Shown here: in pieces, positions 25,401 through 38,380 of the stretch
Numbering within the stretch: position 1 is the first letter of the stretch
How the letters are laid out: each line of letters begins with the position of its first letter
NCBI GenBank assembly: GCA_013265495.1
Contig: MU058035.1
Coordinates: 73,175-125,949, forward strand
DNA: 52,775 nucleotides
From: Vicugna vicugna
Taxonomy: Eukaryota
Direction: 5' to 3'
Notes under the pieces: model-generated
Told to the model about the DNA's origin: nothing
What the model saw: the letters and a program-made list of their open reading frames with translations, nothing else
Database searches by the model: none
Translations under genes and position numbers: made by a program

Positions 25401-27859
25401 AAGACAGATCATCATACATTGCCTAAGATAATCCAGTTGTAGAATTCAAAAACAGTAAAGAAATTATATTTGGGGGCAAGGACCACAGGGTGTTGCTTTC
25501 CTTGGGACTCATCAGTGCACCATCGTGAACATATCAAGGACTCAAGAATTAGGGGCTGAATGAATTAAACTAAATCCAAGCAAAAAGGACAGTTTGCTCT
25601 AGGAACTGTGTATAATAAAGAGGTAGGCAGTGAGGTGGTGGAAGGGGCCGTCAAGAGAGTTCTAAGGCAGAATTTCCAAATTGGATACACCAAAGGCAGG
25701 TACTGTGGTTTACCCTCAATGTCTACTGACACGCTTGCCTTGAGGTCAGATGGTTAGACCACGCTCCATCCTCACCCACAGCGGGGTGGACGAACCTATG
25801 GACTTGCAACCCTGGGGAACACTGTCTTGGTAATGGTTCTGGCCGTGGGCAGTCTGCTGGTAACACTCCTCTAACACCGCCCCTCTAGCTCACTCATCTC
25901 CCTTTTCCCCATACCCACAGACGGCCTCCTGGCCTGTGTTAGCAAACAGCAACCCCAGATTCTGACACAGAGTGTTGAGATTTAGGCAGGCTAAGGCATT
26001 GCGGCTGCTCTTCTGCCCGTACCCCACCCAGCTTGTTCTCACAAGGGACCTGAACTGGGTGGATGTAAGACTCTGTGCCCGAGTAACTTGTCATCTGTGA
26101 AGACTCTCGCCCCAAGGCACAGTCAGGTAATTTCATAAGCAAGAGCCTCCCTCCGTATCACTCAGCATGCCTCAAATGCTCTGATAACTTTCCAGTGCCT
26201 GGAGTTTTCAAGAAACTTTTAGAAAGGAAAACAAAACCCTAGCCAGGCTCTGGAGTAGAAAAACTGGTTTCTGTTTAAAAAAAAAATAAACAGCCTTTGA
26301 AAAATCTCTATTTAAAAATTCTTAAATTTGCCTCTAAATGCAAGTTGTAATTAATAGAAGTTGGAGTTTACACTGTTGAGTGTAAAAACACCCTCAGGCA
26401 CAAACTAATCAAGTGTGTATGTCATGCTGTAAACTACAGCAAGTTCTTTGTTTGACCCAAAAAAGGCTTGCCAAACAGCAGTTTTTTCTTTGTAAGCCTC
26501 CTTTATTGTCTCATTTTTGTTTTCTTCCTACTCCCCCCAAACCCCCTTTGAACCTCCCTATAGTATTTAAGAAACTTTGCAGGTTCCATGTTTTATTGAT
26601 AGTTTTCATCAAGCATGAATTTAAATCTGAGAATAGATTAGGTATCTTAGCCCTTTTTCTTTTTGATAAATAACAAGAGGTTTCTATTTATGATTTTCTG
26701 TCCTCAGGGCTTTATCATTAAGATTAAATAACTGTATTCTCAAGCATGCCACTGCACAAACATCTTTTCAATTATGTGAGTAACAGATGCCTTCACAAAG
26801 GAACTATTGAAAATTCAGAAAGCATGTTTCCAAAAAGAAAGGGAAAAAAAGTATCAGATGACAGAAGAATATAATTGTTTACCATTAAAATATATCCTTC
26901 ACTCTTCCACTGAAAACCTCTTGGAACATTTTGTTTTTGTACAAGTTATTACAAAGTCTGATCAAAATAATACATGTTTGGGGGGATTGCTGAATATTTC
27001 AAAAGCTCTGGAACCTTCTGTATCTCACTTACATGGGACTTCAACGCAGTAGTTGTCTGTTTTTACATATGGACATTGCCCGCTTCATTTGCAAGGCACA
27101 CAGCATGTTGAAAACTAGTTATGTTTGTCTATTACTACTCTTGAAATAGTGTTCATCTGCCCTTGAACCAGATCCATGCAACTTAATTCTGAGTCAGTCG
27201 TCGTTTTCTCATCGAGAAGCATCATTGTTGTCATCTCTGCTGGCCACGCCGTGGGGGGCTGGGTGCTCTAGAGGGTCCATGTCTTCTGTCGTAGCACATA
27301 TTTTATTCCCTGGGGCGTAAAGTCAGACTTTCTTAAATCCATGCCAACTTTCTTCAGTGTGGTCTTCATTGGAAAGACCCAGGACTAACATCAATCTAGA
27401 CACTCCCAGAAGCAGCAAGGAGGCATCACAGGAGCAGAGCCCCAGAGGAGCACTGCATCTAGCTGGGGAGGCCGTGGGAGCCTCGGACTTGGTAAGATGA
27501 CGCCCTGTAGGCTGGAGTTCCCGGGGGTATGATTCTTGAGTTTTTCTGAATGTACAGCATCAATCCAACTAGGGGTACCACCTTTTGGAGATTTGTGGCG
27601 TGGCTGTCCTGGCATATTGTATAGGCAGTCACGTGGCCAGTGCCTGAGCCATAGGGCTGCTTCTCAGGGAGTGAGTTGGACCCTCTGTGTATTCCGTAGG
27701 CCTGGTGCCTCTGAGGAAAGGAGACTGCTCCCCTGATCTCACCAACAGTGCAGGAGGAGCTTGGGATTCTCTTAACCCAGGGCTGACCTTTTCAGTATCT
27801 CTGCGGTGCTGGTGCTTCTCAGACAATGTAAGAAGGTGCAGGGCGACCTTGCTGAGACA

Positions 27860-28040
27860 GATGGCTCCGAGAGGCAGACAGGTCTGTGTTTGAACTCCTG
27901 TTCTGACGCTCAGCAGCCGTAGGTCTTCCACTAGTCACTCAACTGTTTCACACTGAGCCTCTGTTCCTCGTCAACAAAATGAGGATAAGGTATACAAAGT
28001 GCTTGGTGTTGTTAGTAACTGAATACATGGCGGCTGCTGT
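27860..28040 (+). mobile_element. MIR SINE relic
   Basis: ggcagacaggtctgtgtttgaactcctgttctg...ctgagcctctgttcctcgtcaacaaaatgaggataa...aaagtgctt. Confidence 0.65.
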
Positions 28041-28861
28041 TCATGTGTAATCAGTATAAGAACAACCAGAAGTTCCTCTCCCTTCCCTCCCCTTGCCTCT
28101 AACCCGGCCCCACAGCCCACATAACTCCCTTTCAGGGGGCCTGTCCTCCTGGAGCTACCTCATCCCCCGGACTCACCTTTATGGGGATCCCAGCACCTTT
28201 CTTTCCTTTCTTGGCTTAGTTAGGGTCACAATCACTCCAGGACTATGGATGAAGGTGTCAGGGTCATCAGTTCATCTAAGAAACAACTCTCCCACCACTT
28301 CCAGGGACAAACGGAGAATGTCAGCGCCTTCAGATGGTTTCCTTGTTCATTTGCCGCTGCCTCTTGAGTAGGTGATGAAGCCTCTGGTGAGCTGATCATT
28401 TTCCTAAGGAAGAGCTTTTTTGAAGACAAGTGCCATGTTTTGTTATTGAAAATAATGGGCCACAACCATTTTAGGTATCTCTGTGCAGAATCTGAGTGAT
28501 GCTGTTTATACCTTCTTCCTTTTTAAAGTGCTGGGTACAGTTTGCCCTTGGTAGCTTGCGGGCAAGCTAAGTCTTTCCCACAGAACCATGGTGCATCCTT
28601 CTGCTGTTTTCTTGGCTGGGATGGGGGTCTGCCTTTGGCTCGTTTTCTACGGCCTGTGTGTCGGCATGGCACCTCCTTCCATGTTTGGTGCTCGGAGCTT
28701 TCAGTTCACAGCGCTCTGCTGGCAGGTGACACCGGAGTCCTCTTTCTCAGTTCTCTTGGCTACTGATGTTTTGCTCTTCATACTCTGCACTGAAACTCCT
28801 GTCTTAAAATGACAGAGATCTTTCTCCAGAGCCCACACTTCTCTTACATGGAGAGCTTGGC

Positions 28862-29773
28862 TTTTTTTATATACATATATTTTTATAGAAGTATAGTCAG
28901 TTTACAATGATGTGTCAATTTCTGGTGTACAGCACAATATTTCAGTCAATAGGAGCATACATATATTCATTTTCATATTCTTTTTCACTGTAAGTTGCTA
29001 CAAGATACCAAATGTAGTTCCCTGTGTTAAACAGTATAAACTTGTTTATCTGTTTTATATATAGTAGTTAGTATCTACAAATCTCAAACTCCCAACTTAC
29101 CCCTTCCCACTCCCTTCCCTACTGGTAACCATAAGTTTGTTTTCTATGCCTGTGAGTGTGTTTCTGTTTTGTAAATAAGTTTCTTTTCTTTTCTTTTTAG
29201 ATTCCATATATGAGTGCTATCATACGGTATTTTTCTTTCTCTTTCTGGCTTACTTCGCTTAGAATGATATTCTCCAGGTCCATCCATGTGGCTGCAAATG
29301 TCATTATTTCAGTCTTTTTTATGGCTGAGTAGTATTCCACTGTATAAATATACCACAGCTTCTTTAGGCAGTCATCTGTTGATGGATGTTTAGGTTGTCT
29401 TGGCTATTGTAAATAGTGCTGCTATGAACATTGGGTGCATGTGTCTTTTAGAACTAAGGTTCCCTCTGGATATATACCCAGGAGTGGGACTGCTGGATCA
29501 TATGGTAAATCTATCTTTAGTTTTTTGAGGAATCTCCATATTGTTTTCCATAATGGCTGCACCAAACTACATCCCTACCAGCAGTGCAGGAGGGTTCCCT
29601 TTCCTCCACACCCTCTCCAGCATTTATCATTTGTGGACTTTTGAATGATGGCCATTCTGACTGGTGTTAGGTGATACCTCATTGTAGTTTTGATTTTCAT
29701 TTCTCTGATAAAGAGCAATATTGAGCATTTCTTTATGTGCCTATTGGCCATTTGTATGTCTTCACTGGAGACT
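28862..29773 (-). mobile_element. 5'-truncated lineage-specific L1 (end of ORF2, 3'UTR and A tail), antisense to ARID5B
   Basis: T-rich tail at 28862, then L1 3'UTR and ORF2-end sequence (ORF 29435..29644 is the familiar L1 antisense peptide). TSD GAGCTTGGCTTTT (28853-28865) / GAACCTGGCTTTT (29774-29786) at a TTTT/AA endonuclease site. Confidence 0.93.
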
Positions 29774-32162
29774 GAACCTGGCTTTTAAAAGAACCAGTGT
29801 TGTGCCCACTGAGGAAATATTCCCATTGCTCTGCGCATTGACATAGCACATTTGTGTGTTTGACTTTCGTTTTGGTGCCTACCCGGCAAATGCTCTTCTG
29901 TCATTTTTAGAGCGATGGTCTGGCACCCTGAGCTAGAGGTGAACAGATTGAGATTAGGACTTCCCATACTTCTTGGAACCTTAACAAGTGTGTGTGCTTC
30001 ATTTTCAAAAAAGAAAAAATATACCTTCAAGTGCCTCCATACTTGGTGAAAGATGGCTTCCCACACTTCACGTTTTTGGTCTTTGGCTGAGAATGTTGGG
30101 CCAAACCTTGGAATCAACCCTGGAATCAGCTTGGAGTTGTAATGACTCCATCTGGGATCAGATCAGGTCCAAAGCCCAAGTGGAACCAACGTGTCATTTC
30201 TTTTCTACTGCCATGAAAAAACCTGATAGTATAAGAATAGTAGTAGCATTTTTACCCTAACATGCTCACCAACTTTATTCCCTCTGCCCCTAAAATATTC
30301 TTCTCCAAGAGCACTAGCAGATCTCTGGGCCTGGAATTTTTCACTGGTTTGATACCATACAAGTGCCTATGAAGTAACCAGGGTGAGTTTGAGGTTCAAA
30401 TACAACCCAAAAGATTTGTCCCTTCTCCCATTCTTTGGATTGAATCAGTCCCAGACATTATTATAATATCATTTTTCAGAACTCTATAAATAGATGGATT
30501 CTTATTTCTCCTCTTAAGCACTGTTTGCTAAATGTTTTGGCCCCAAAGTTCAGTCATTCCATGCAAGCATTAATCAATACATGAGACATTAGTGGTTACT
30601 TGTTCTGATGAGAGTTGACATGATTTTTCCTCTGCCTATGGGGAGGGGAGGGGGATGTTGCCTAATAAAGATGAAGGGTCTTTTCTTCTTTTGTATGAAA
30701 TGCAAATGATGGGGACGTGTGCAATATGCATTTCTCGAATGTGAGGCTGCTGCTTTTTGTTGAGAAAGAGCGGCAAGACCCTGGAGGATTTTAGAATTTG
30801 TAAATATAAAATTATCTGCCATGGTGTTTAAAAAAAATAATAAAAGGGAGAAAGAGTTGGCAGGTTGCCAGATTACTTACATTACAGTAATAGATTTGCT
30901 GACCCCTGACTTCTGCTGTAGAGAAATGTATTGAATTTTTCATAATATCAGATGAGGCAGATCTAAAAACCTAGTATACTGAGCACCATTATTTAACTTG
31001 AGATTTAACAAAGCCGAAATCTTTTCAAACCAGCAATTTCTTGTACGATGATAATTTAGTGGCTCAGATGCTAATAAATCAAGGTTACAGTGCCATTGAT
31101 TTGTTAATTTTAACTTGGGTTGATTTTATAAGTCATCTTTATTTAAAAAAAAAAAAACCCTTGCTTTTCACAGTGACTGAATTTAATAAGAATCTGTGAT
31201 AGCAAACGGCCCCCTCCTGTTTCTGCTTTGGGCTGGAAAATGCTATTCTTGTGTTATTCCTAGGGAAAAATAAAATCTCATGCTGCTACAAATCTTATGC
31301 CTATGGAAAGATGTTATTTTTTAATACATGATGGCTTACCTATTTCAGATCCATTAATGGCATCGTAAATAAGCATTTTGCTAATCTGAAATGTGAAATC
31401 TGGATAATAGTAAAGGACCATTTATCTGCCCAGCTTTCAATCTGCAAACTGCATAGATCGGGGAGGGGGATCTCTCTGGATTTTCTAATGATATATTGCT
31501 TCTTTTCCCCATTATTTCTATCCACCAAAAACCCAAACCACAATCTTGGAGTTGCAGCCCATTGAAAGTATTTTTCCTGTGTAATGAGTTCTTGGGGGCT
31601 AGGGTGCATTTTTGCATTTATCTGTACAGTTTTGAAGCTGATTAAATCTTCATTGTACTACAAATATTTGAGGAATAGTCATCTGCAAGGCGCAGTCACG
31701 TTGCATTATACTAAATTCCTTATACGATACGGCGCTTCCTGTGTTGGGCAATGTTGACCTGATGTTGGCTAACCTGTTTTTAATGGTACTGCGTGTACGT
31801 TAAACGTTTAAATGTTCAGAAACCTGTAATAGTTCTCGTCTTCTTGTGCCGTAAAAACTAATAGTCAGATGATAAGATCATATCCTGTGGGGTAATTGTG
31901 TTGTACCATGACAGGATCACTGAAAAAACATTCAGTGAAAATCGCACCCAACGGAAATCACTATACGAACAGCGATTGTTTGTGGTGTTTGTGTGCTGGG
32001 TGAGAGACCAGCTCTGTTCTTCAGCGCTTAGCTGGTCGTATTTCTGATTGTTTCCTTTTAGCTGCTGCCTTTCTTGTTTTATTTTGGGAGCCTTTTTTCC
32101 CCCTGAGCCACTATAATTATCTTTCAGTGATTTAGAAGGGGAAAAAAAACACTCAGTTGACC

Positions 32163-32165
<3 letters not shown>

Positions 32166-32196
<31 letters not shown>

Positions 32197-32200
32197 CTCT
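32166..32200. repeat. (AC)n microsatellite followed by short (TC)n
   Basis: About 14 AC units, then tctctct, directly visible. Confidence 0.95.
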
Positions 32201-34164
32201 CGCACTCACTGTCTCTCTCACATACATGCTCCCTCTGGAAGCCTTGAACAAGCAGGGTTTGTGTTTGGATTCAGATTTACCTTAGTCATGCCTCTTTCCA
32301 GATACAAGAAACATTTAATTCCAGATTTCCTGCTTCTGGCTTTAGGCCTTTGACCAGCAAAGTGAAATGTATTTTTTACTGCTGTCGGCCAGCCAGCTGC
32401 CGAGTTGAGTGAAGGGAAGGGGAAAAAAAAAGAAGGAAAGGGGAAAAAAAAAAAAAGAAATGAAATGGAAATGTTGCCCTGCCTCTTGAACTTGTGAAAT
32501 TGTGTGAGGAAACTAAAGTCTCCTTAGCACCCATCTAGAAATCTGGGCTGACCCAGGACTATCGGGACCCGACGTGAGGGGGCCTCAGGGGCCCACTGTG
32601 GGTGTCTCTCCCACCCACTTCTCTGCTTCCTCTTACCTCCTTCCCCACGCTCAGAGGTAATGCTGTCGTGCTTCTCAGGAAAGGGGGGCCTCATGGTGTC
32701 ACCATCTCCCTTAGGGAGTGGAGTTGGGGGGAGGGTAATACCAACAAACAGTAACCACCGAATACCCGGACTTCAGAGCTCCATATGTTCCCATAGCAAC
32801 CAAACAAAAGTAAAACAAACCTATCTGTCCTAACAATAAAAATGTGTTTTCATTAAAGTCAATTTAGAGTATTTTTTCCAATTTAAAATATTCAGTGCAT
32901 TCTGCTCATGGACAGAAATCCCCAACCAGCCACTGTTGAAGGGGATAAAGTCCCTGGCAGAACCACGCAGCTAAGAGCAACTGGGGGGAATGTTGGGGAC
33001 TTTACAGATGAGACAGAACACATTCAAGTACGAACAAGATTGCTTTTTTCTCTCTTCTTCTGCTTAGTTATGCTTTTTATTATATAAACATTAACTGTAA
33101 TATTACAGTGGGAAGCAGGTATTTGGCAGCCATATATTATTTTAGTAAGTCTACACAGAGAGAGAACAGTTTCCAGTTTTAGCAGCTGTAACATGTTTAA
33201 ACTCAGTTTGTAATGGGATCTGAAGATAACTATTCCCCATGGGCTGTGCTGATCTTCACGGCTGGCCCACTGCCAGATGCAGGGCTCGAAACTTACCCAC
33301 GCCTTCCTGCACATACCTTGTCTGAGCATGCTCAGTAAATGAATTTTGTTTCTAATATGCTATAAATTGGGGTTTGATTTTCCCATAATTTACTTGGTAT
33401 TTTATTTAAGAGTGAAAATATCATGATCACAAATTGTCCCCACGTCTGACTTGCAAACCTGAACAATTGTGTTTAAGTAGTTGAGACCCAATGGCATAGT
33501 TAGGAACTGATTTTAGCTAACCAATATCCAAACCAAAGACGTTTCTGCCTGGGAGTCTTTGTTTAAAATAATCGGGGTTCCCAGTATTTGAACAGATTTA
33601 TCCTGTTTATAAGCCAAGTACATTTTCTTCATTGAGTCAACTTGTCTTATTTAAAACAAATTATGTTTGCCGTATTAAAGTTCATATTTTTAAGGCTGAG
33701 TCTTGTATTAATCCCACAGTGAGTCATTAATCATACCAAATGCATTATAAAAACTTTAATCACTGAAGTTGAAACCGCGATTGTAATGCAATCCATCCCT
33801 TTTAATTACATCAGCTATTTTCCCCTTTCAGATCAAGCGCTACGTCGCAAAGGGAAAACAGATTAAAACTAGAGCTGTTTGATGTTTCTCTTTTTAGAGC
33901 AATTTTATGTACTTTGTTTTAAAAGTTATATAATTAAAATGCTTGAATTTTTCAGCCCTCTGATTTTTGTGGCTTGAAGGCTCTGTCCGCCTTCCTTCTT
34001 GCTGGGGCCTCTTTAAACCCAGCACCCCAGACAGACCTTCTCGTACTGGAGGCACCTACCCCCTCAGGCTCTGGATGAGACAGCTGTCTCTCAGCCATGC
34101 TGTGTTTACCTCCCACAGCCTCTTTATCTTATGTGTCTGGTCTATATTTTGACATGAATGAAAA

Positions 34165-34395
34165 TATAAATTTGGGAGACAGGCAGAACTCGGTTCAAAT
34201 TTCACGTCTAACAAATGCTGTGATTCTCAGGCAGATTGTTTAACCTTTTTGGGCCTCAGTTGCCTCATCTGTTAAAAAGGGAATAACAACAACAATAGTA
34301 ATCCTCCATAAGGATGCTGCATACATCACAGGAAATACTTTGTATAATGTACCTAGGACATGTGGCACGTTCTAGTACATACTAGTAGCTACTAG
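34165..34395 (+). mobile_element. MIR SINE relic
   Basis: ggttcaaat...tgctgtgattctcaggcagattgtttaacct...gcctcagttgcctcatctgttaaaaagggaataaca. Confidence 0.8.
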
Positions 34396-34409
34396 AATAA
34401 GCCTCAGGG

Positions 34410-34505
34410 GCTTTCAGTGTTGCGTGCACCGCTGATCCTAGTGCCTAGGACACTGGCTGGCACACAGTCTGTGCTCAGTAAAGAGCTGTCGGCAGGATGA
34501 TAAAG
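34410..34505 (+). mobile_element. L2 3' end fragment
   Basis: caccgctgatcctagtgcctaggacactggctggcacacagtctgtgctcagtaaa. Confidence 0.55.
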
Positions 34506-34865
34506 GAATGGCAGCTATCATCATAGCTATTATTCCTGTTGTGATGTTGCTGTTGGCACTTAGCCAGGTTCCAGGGGCAGTGATGATGATGCGACTTCGG
34601 ACACTTCCATTGGTGTCCTCAGCATATAGATCCACAGAACCAGAAAGAGGTCTTGCGAAGAGGGATGTAAGTTACCAGGTGCTGGTTTTGATCGGGGAAG
34701 TAGATCGCTGAGCTGTGGAGTAGGTTTGGAGAAATGCATTGGTGGTGCTGGAGATGAAGTCACTCAATAACTTGCTCGTATTGAGAAAATAAAGTAAACC
34801 CCCATGGCATGGGCGCCAGCGTAATCACCTGCCCTGATTGAGCCTCTCTCCTGACACTCTTTTAG

Positions 34866-35064
34866 GTTAATCCTGCCGTATGAAAGGTTTATTAAAGGAG
34901 AGGAAGATAAGCCCCTGCCTCCAATCAAACCTCGAAAACAGGAGAACAGTTCACAGGAAAACGAGAATAAAACCAAAGTATCGGGAGCCAAACGCATCAA
35001 GCACGAAATCTCTAAAAGCAAGAAAGAAAAAGAGAACGCCCCGAAGCCTCAGGATGGGGCAGAG
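34866..35064 (+). CDS. ARID5B: ARID5B coding exon (exon 9 equivalent), 199 bp: LILPYERFIKGEEDKPLPPIKPRKQENSSQENENKTKVSGAKRIKHEISKSKKEKENAPKPQDGAE
   Basis: Acceptor ctcttttAG at 34864-34865, donor GAG|GTGAGT at 35065. Completes the ARID domain. Phase 2 in, phase 0 out. Confidence 0.97.
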
Positions 35065-38000
35065 GTGAGTCTCTCCCCCTAGAAACAGCTCTGTGAGGTG
35101 GGTCCTGCCCGGGGTCTTCCGGAGCCCCCTACCAGAGCCTCTGAACTTCACGGCTCCCCAGACAGGAACAGGGCCTTTGGGGCCAGCGTGCGGTACTGAA
35201 TGGGCAGGCCAAGGACAGGCTCTAGAAGGACGCGGACGTCCTGCGGAAAAGTTGGAGCAGAGGCAGGCTGTGAGTCAGAAGGAGCCAGGGTGCCAGCCCG
35301 GGAAGCCAGGGACCCTGATGTGAAAGATGTGGCTTCTTTGCCATTTCACAGCTAGTCTGTCTGAGGAGCTGGTGTGACTTTAAAACATGCATTGTGGGAC
35401 CTGCCGTGTCTCTGCAGGACTGTCCTGGAAACTTCAGAGACTTGTCTGCCTCCTGTAATTGACCTCTGTGCACCAGCCTTGGGTTGAGACCAATTTAGAA
35501 ATATCTTAAGTACGTATTATTTATAGGGGAATTTTGAAATGGTTCCTCTGAAACCATTATTATCCCTCATGTTAACAGGTAGTTTCTGAACCTTTTAAAA
35601 CAAGCCCCAGCTGCCCACGGCCCCCAACAGCTCTTTGGTAGAAGTCATCACTGTCAGCGCACAGCCAGTTGTGGAGGCTGATCTGGGCTCTGTTTCAACA
35701 TGAATAATAAAAAACGCTGCTGCCCATTTAAAAAAAAAATCTTAGCAGCAGCCACATTTGGAGACAGCATGTTCTAGGATTCAACCCCAGAGGGAATTTT
35801 GGTGCTGATATTAAACACCCTCTAAAAATCAGGTTTATAATGAACACATAAGAGACTCCATAATTAAATACTGGCTTAAAACACACACACATACACAACA
35901 CACACCGACCTCCCGACTAGAAATTAACTTACCCAACTGACTCCTGTGTAAGAAGATATATTAATACCAAGAAGAGACTTTTTGTTTATATTTTTGTTTC
36001 ATAATTATTTTGTGCTAGTAATTAAAAGGGGAGGAGGAAAATGACGCAGAGTTTTCTAAACATCTAAACAAGCTTGCAACATAAATGACCAAAAGCAAGG
36101 AAATTCCAAGTTAAGGCTTATATTCCATTATTCCTTTCTTCTGTTGGTTTCATAATTTATGATAGGGTTTGGAATCGGTGAGTTCTATTAGATACTTATA
36201 TGTACAGCATTGCCAAAGCACCAGGGGACAAACTGAGGACCAAGAGGCCAGCTGACCTTAGAATGGCTCCACTTTGGGCATGAAGTTTGAAACGGCTGAT
36301 ACGTGAGTTAGGGGAGGACTCCCCCACCCATGCCCTGAGCCCACCAGTTTGGGAGGTGACTCTTGCCAAGAGTAGTGCCTGACGCCCTGTGGTCCACAGG
36401 AACCCTCAACCCCTTAAAGCTCCGTTTCCTGTTGGCCCTGACAGGCTCCCTGCAGGGAGCTGTAAGTGACCAGGGTCATTATGATCAAGGCATCTAAGCT
36501 ACCTGGAATCTCACACCCTCTCCAAGGCTGACCTAAAAGTAAGAATTGCTTCCACCTCCTACAGAGACCAATGTTACTGACAAAGTATTATTTCTTCTCA
36601 TTGACTATGTATTTGGGGTATGGGGTTTGAATTTTATTATTGTGGCTTCCATTGTCATTGTTTTTAATTTTTTGATGTTTTCAATATGAAGCAGTGAACT
36701 CAGTGGAGGTAGGAGAGTTTAAAAAAGCCCTTCTAGTCAAACCCGCTGTCCTCAGGTAACTGGAGAGCAAGCTGCACGGTGCGAAGGTGCCATCTAACAT
36801 ACTAAGGCAACTCATAAAATGCCACCCTAGAAAAAAGGTCCTCTCCTTTTTCTTCTGCCTAGTTTTCAAAGACCTCCTACAACTATTTACAATCGAAAGC
36901 ACACAACTCCATGTAACTGAAGTCCTAGGTCACAGAAACTTCAGTGAGACACAGTACCCTCCAGAGCCCCCTTCCGACCACAGGCCCAGTCAGAAACTAA
37001 CATTTAAACGCAGTTTGCCTTTTTCCCTTGCTGAACTTACTTTTCTGTATTTTCATGTAATGTATAAGCTCAAGAGACCAATGCTGATTATTAATGTAGA
37101 ACATGTAATGCTGTTTGTACCGGAAAAGACAGCTATTAGTACAAAAAAGAAAGAAACAAACAAAAAGATACCAAGCAAAGGCTCTTAGTGTATGTAACAC
37201 ATCCCTAAGAAACAGGGCTATCTTAAAGCAGCTTTAAGGAGAAATCTCTGACATGCGTGTGATTTCTTAACATTTTTGTTCCTGTGCGTCCCTGCAGCAG
37301 CATCCTCAGTCTTATCCAAAGACACTAATATGGTGGACATGTCTTAACAAAGAAGAAAAGCATTCAAAGGGGTGAGATGGAGGGGGAAAAGAAGGCCAGC
37401 TCAATACAAATGTTTTGTGACTGTTCTCCACCAAGATATGTCAGGGCAGAATGATACAAGTTTTTGAAAGGGCTTGCCATTCAGCTGGGTCACAGATGGA
37501 AAGTTAAAATGACCTTCTGAGGTCAAAGTTGGCACAGCTACATAATACAGTGAGTGGGTCGAATTGGACCCACAACTTCTGTCAACAGGGACCCATAAAG
37601 AGCATCCATCTCATTGACTCTAACTTAGTGCAATGAACAGAAAAGCTGTATTTGTGGTGGCATGCACTGCCTGCCTTTTGACAACTTCATTTTCAGCTTT
37701 AATAGAAATGCAGTTTGCTACAGCCTAGAAGGACTCAGAGTCCTTCTGTCCCCCAGGTAGACAGGCTGAAGTAGCATCTTCATACTTTTTCAATATTTCA
37801 GCTTCAGCTGCATGTCATATGGCACTAGGTAGAAATTACTAACATCTAAGCGTCGCTAATTTTATGCATCATACTGAACATGTTAGGATAGGACCTGCTC
37901 CCTGAGAAAGGCAAGGAGTTACAGTAAGTTTAATGTTTGTTGTTGACGTGGGGTTGGTGGTGTTTTTGAAAGAGAGAAGCTTAAAAAGATCCTCTCCAAA

Positions 38001-38380
38001 GTGTCATAAAGCACAACATGTAATTTAAAACCCATTTGGATAATTGACTGATTTGACAACGAGACAACCTCAGAATTAAACTATATATTAGAATCAAGGA
38101 GTCATATGATTGTGTACCAGCAGTACATAACACTTTGCTATTTTGATAGGTATCTCATAAGGGACCAAAGTGAATATGCATATTTCCCCTAATGTTTCTG
38201 TAATTGAGATTTCTTTGTTGAGAGCGTGATTGGGGAGCAATAAAGCTTTACAGAAAGTCCATGAGCTGATTGACAAGCCAGTTTTCAAGAAAAACTGCTG
38301 TGTATTAACATTTTATCTCATAGCATAATGTGTCCGTGAATTTGGCTTCCTTCTGACTATCTTTTGAAATATTTTATCAG

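Noticed and set aside
1502..34763. Numerous intronic ORFs of 60-127 aa
   Set aside because: No domain similarity, many begin at non-ATG codons, and several overlap MIR, L1 or LTR relics. Their number is what random sequence gives.
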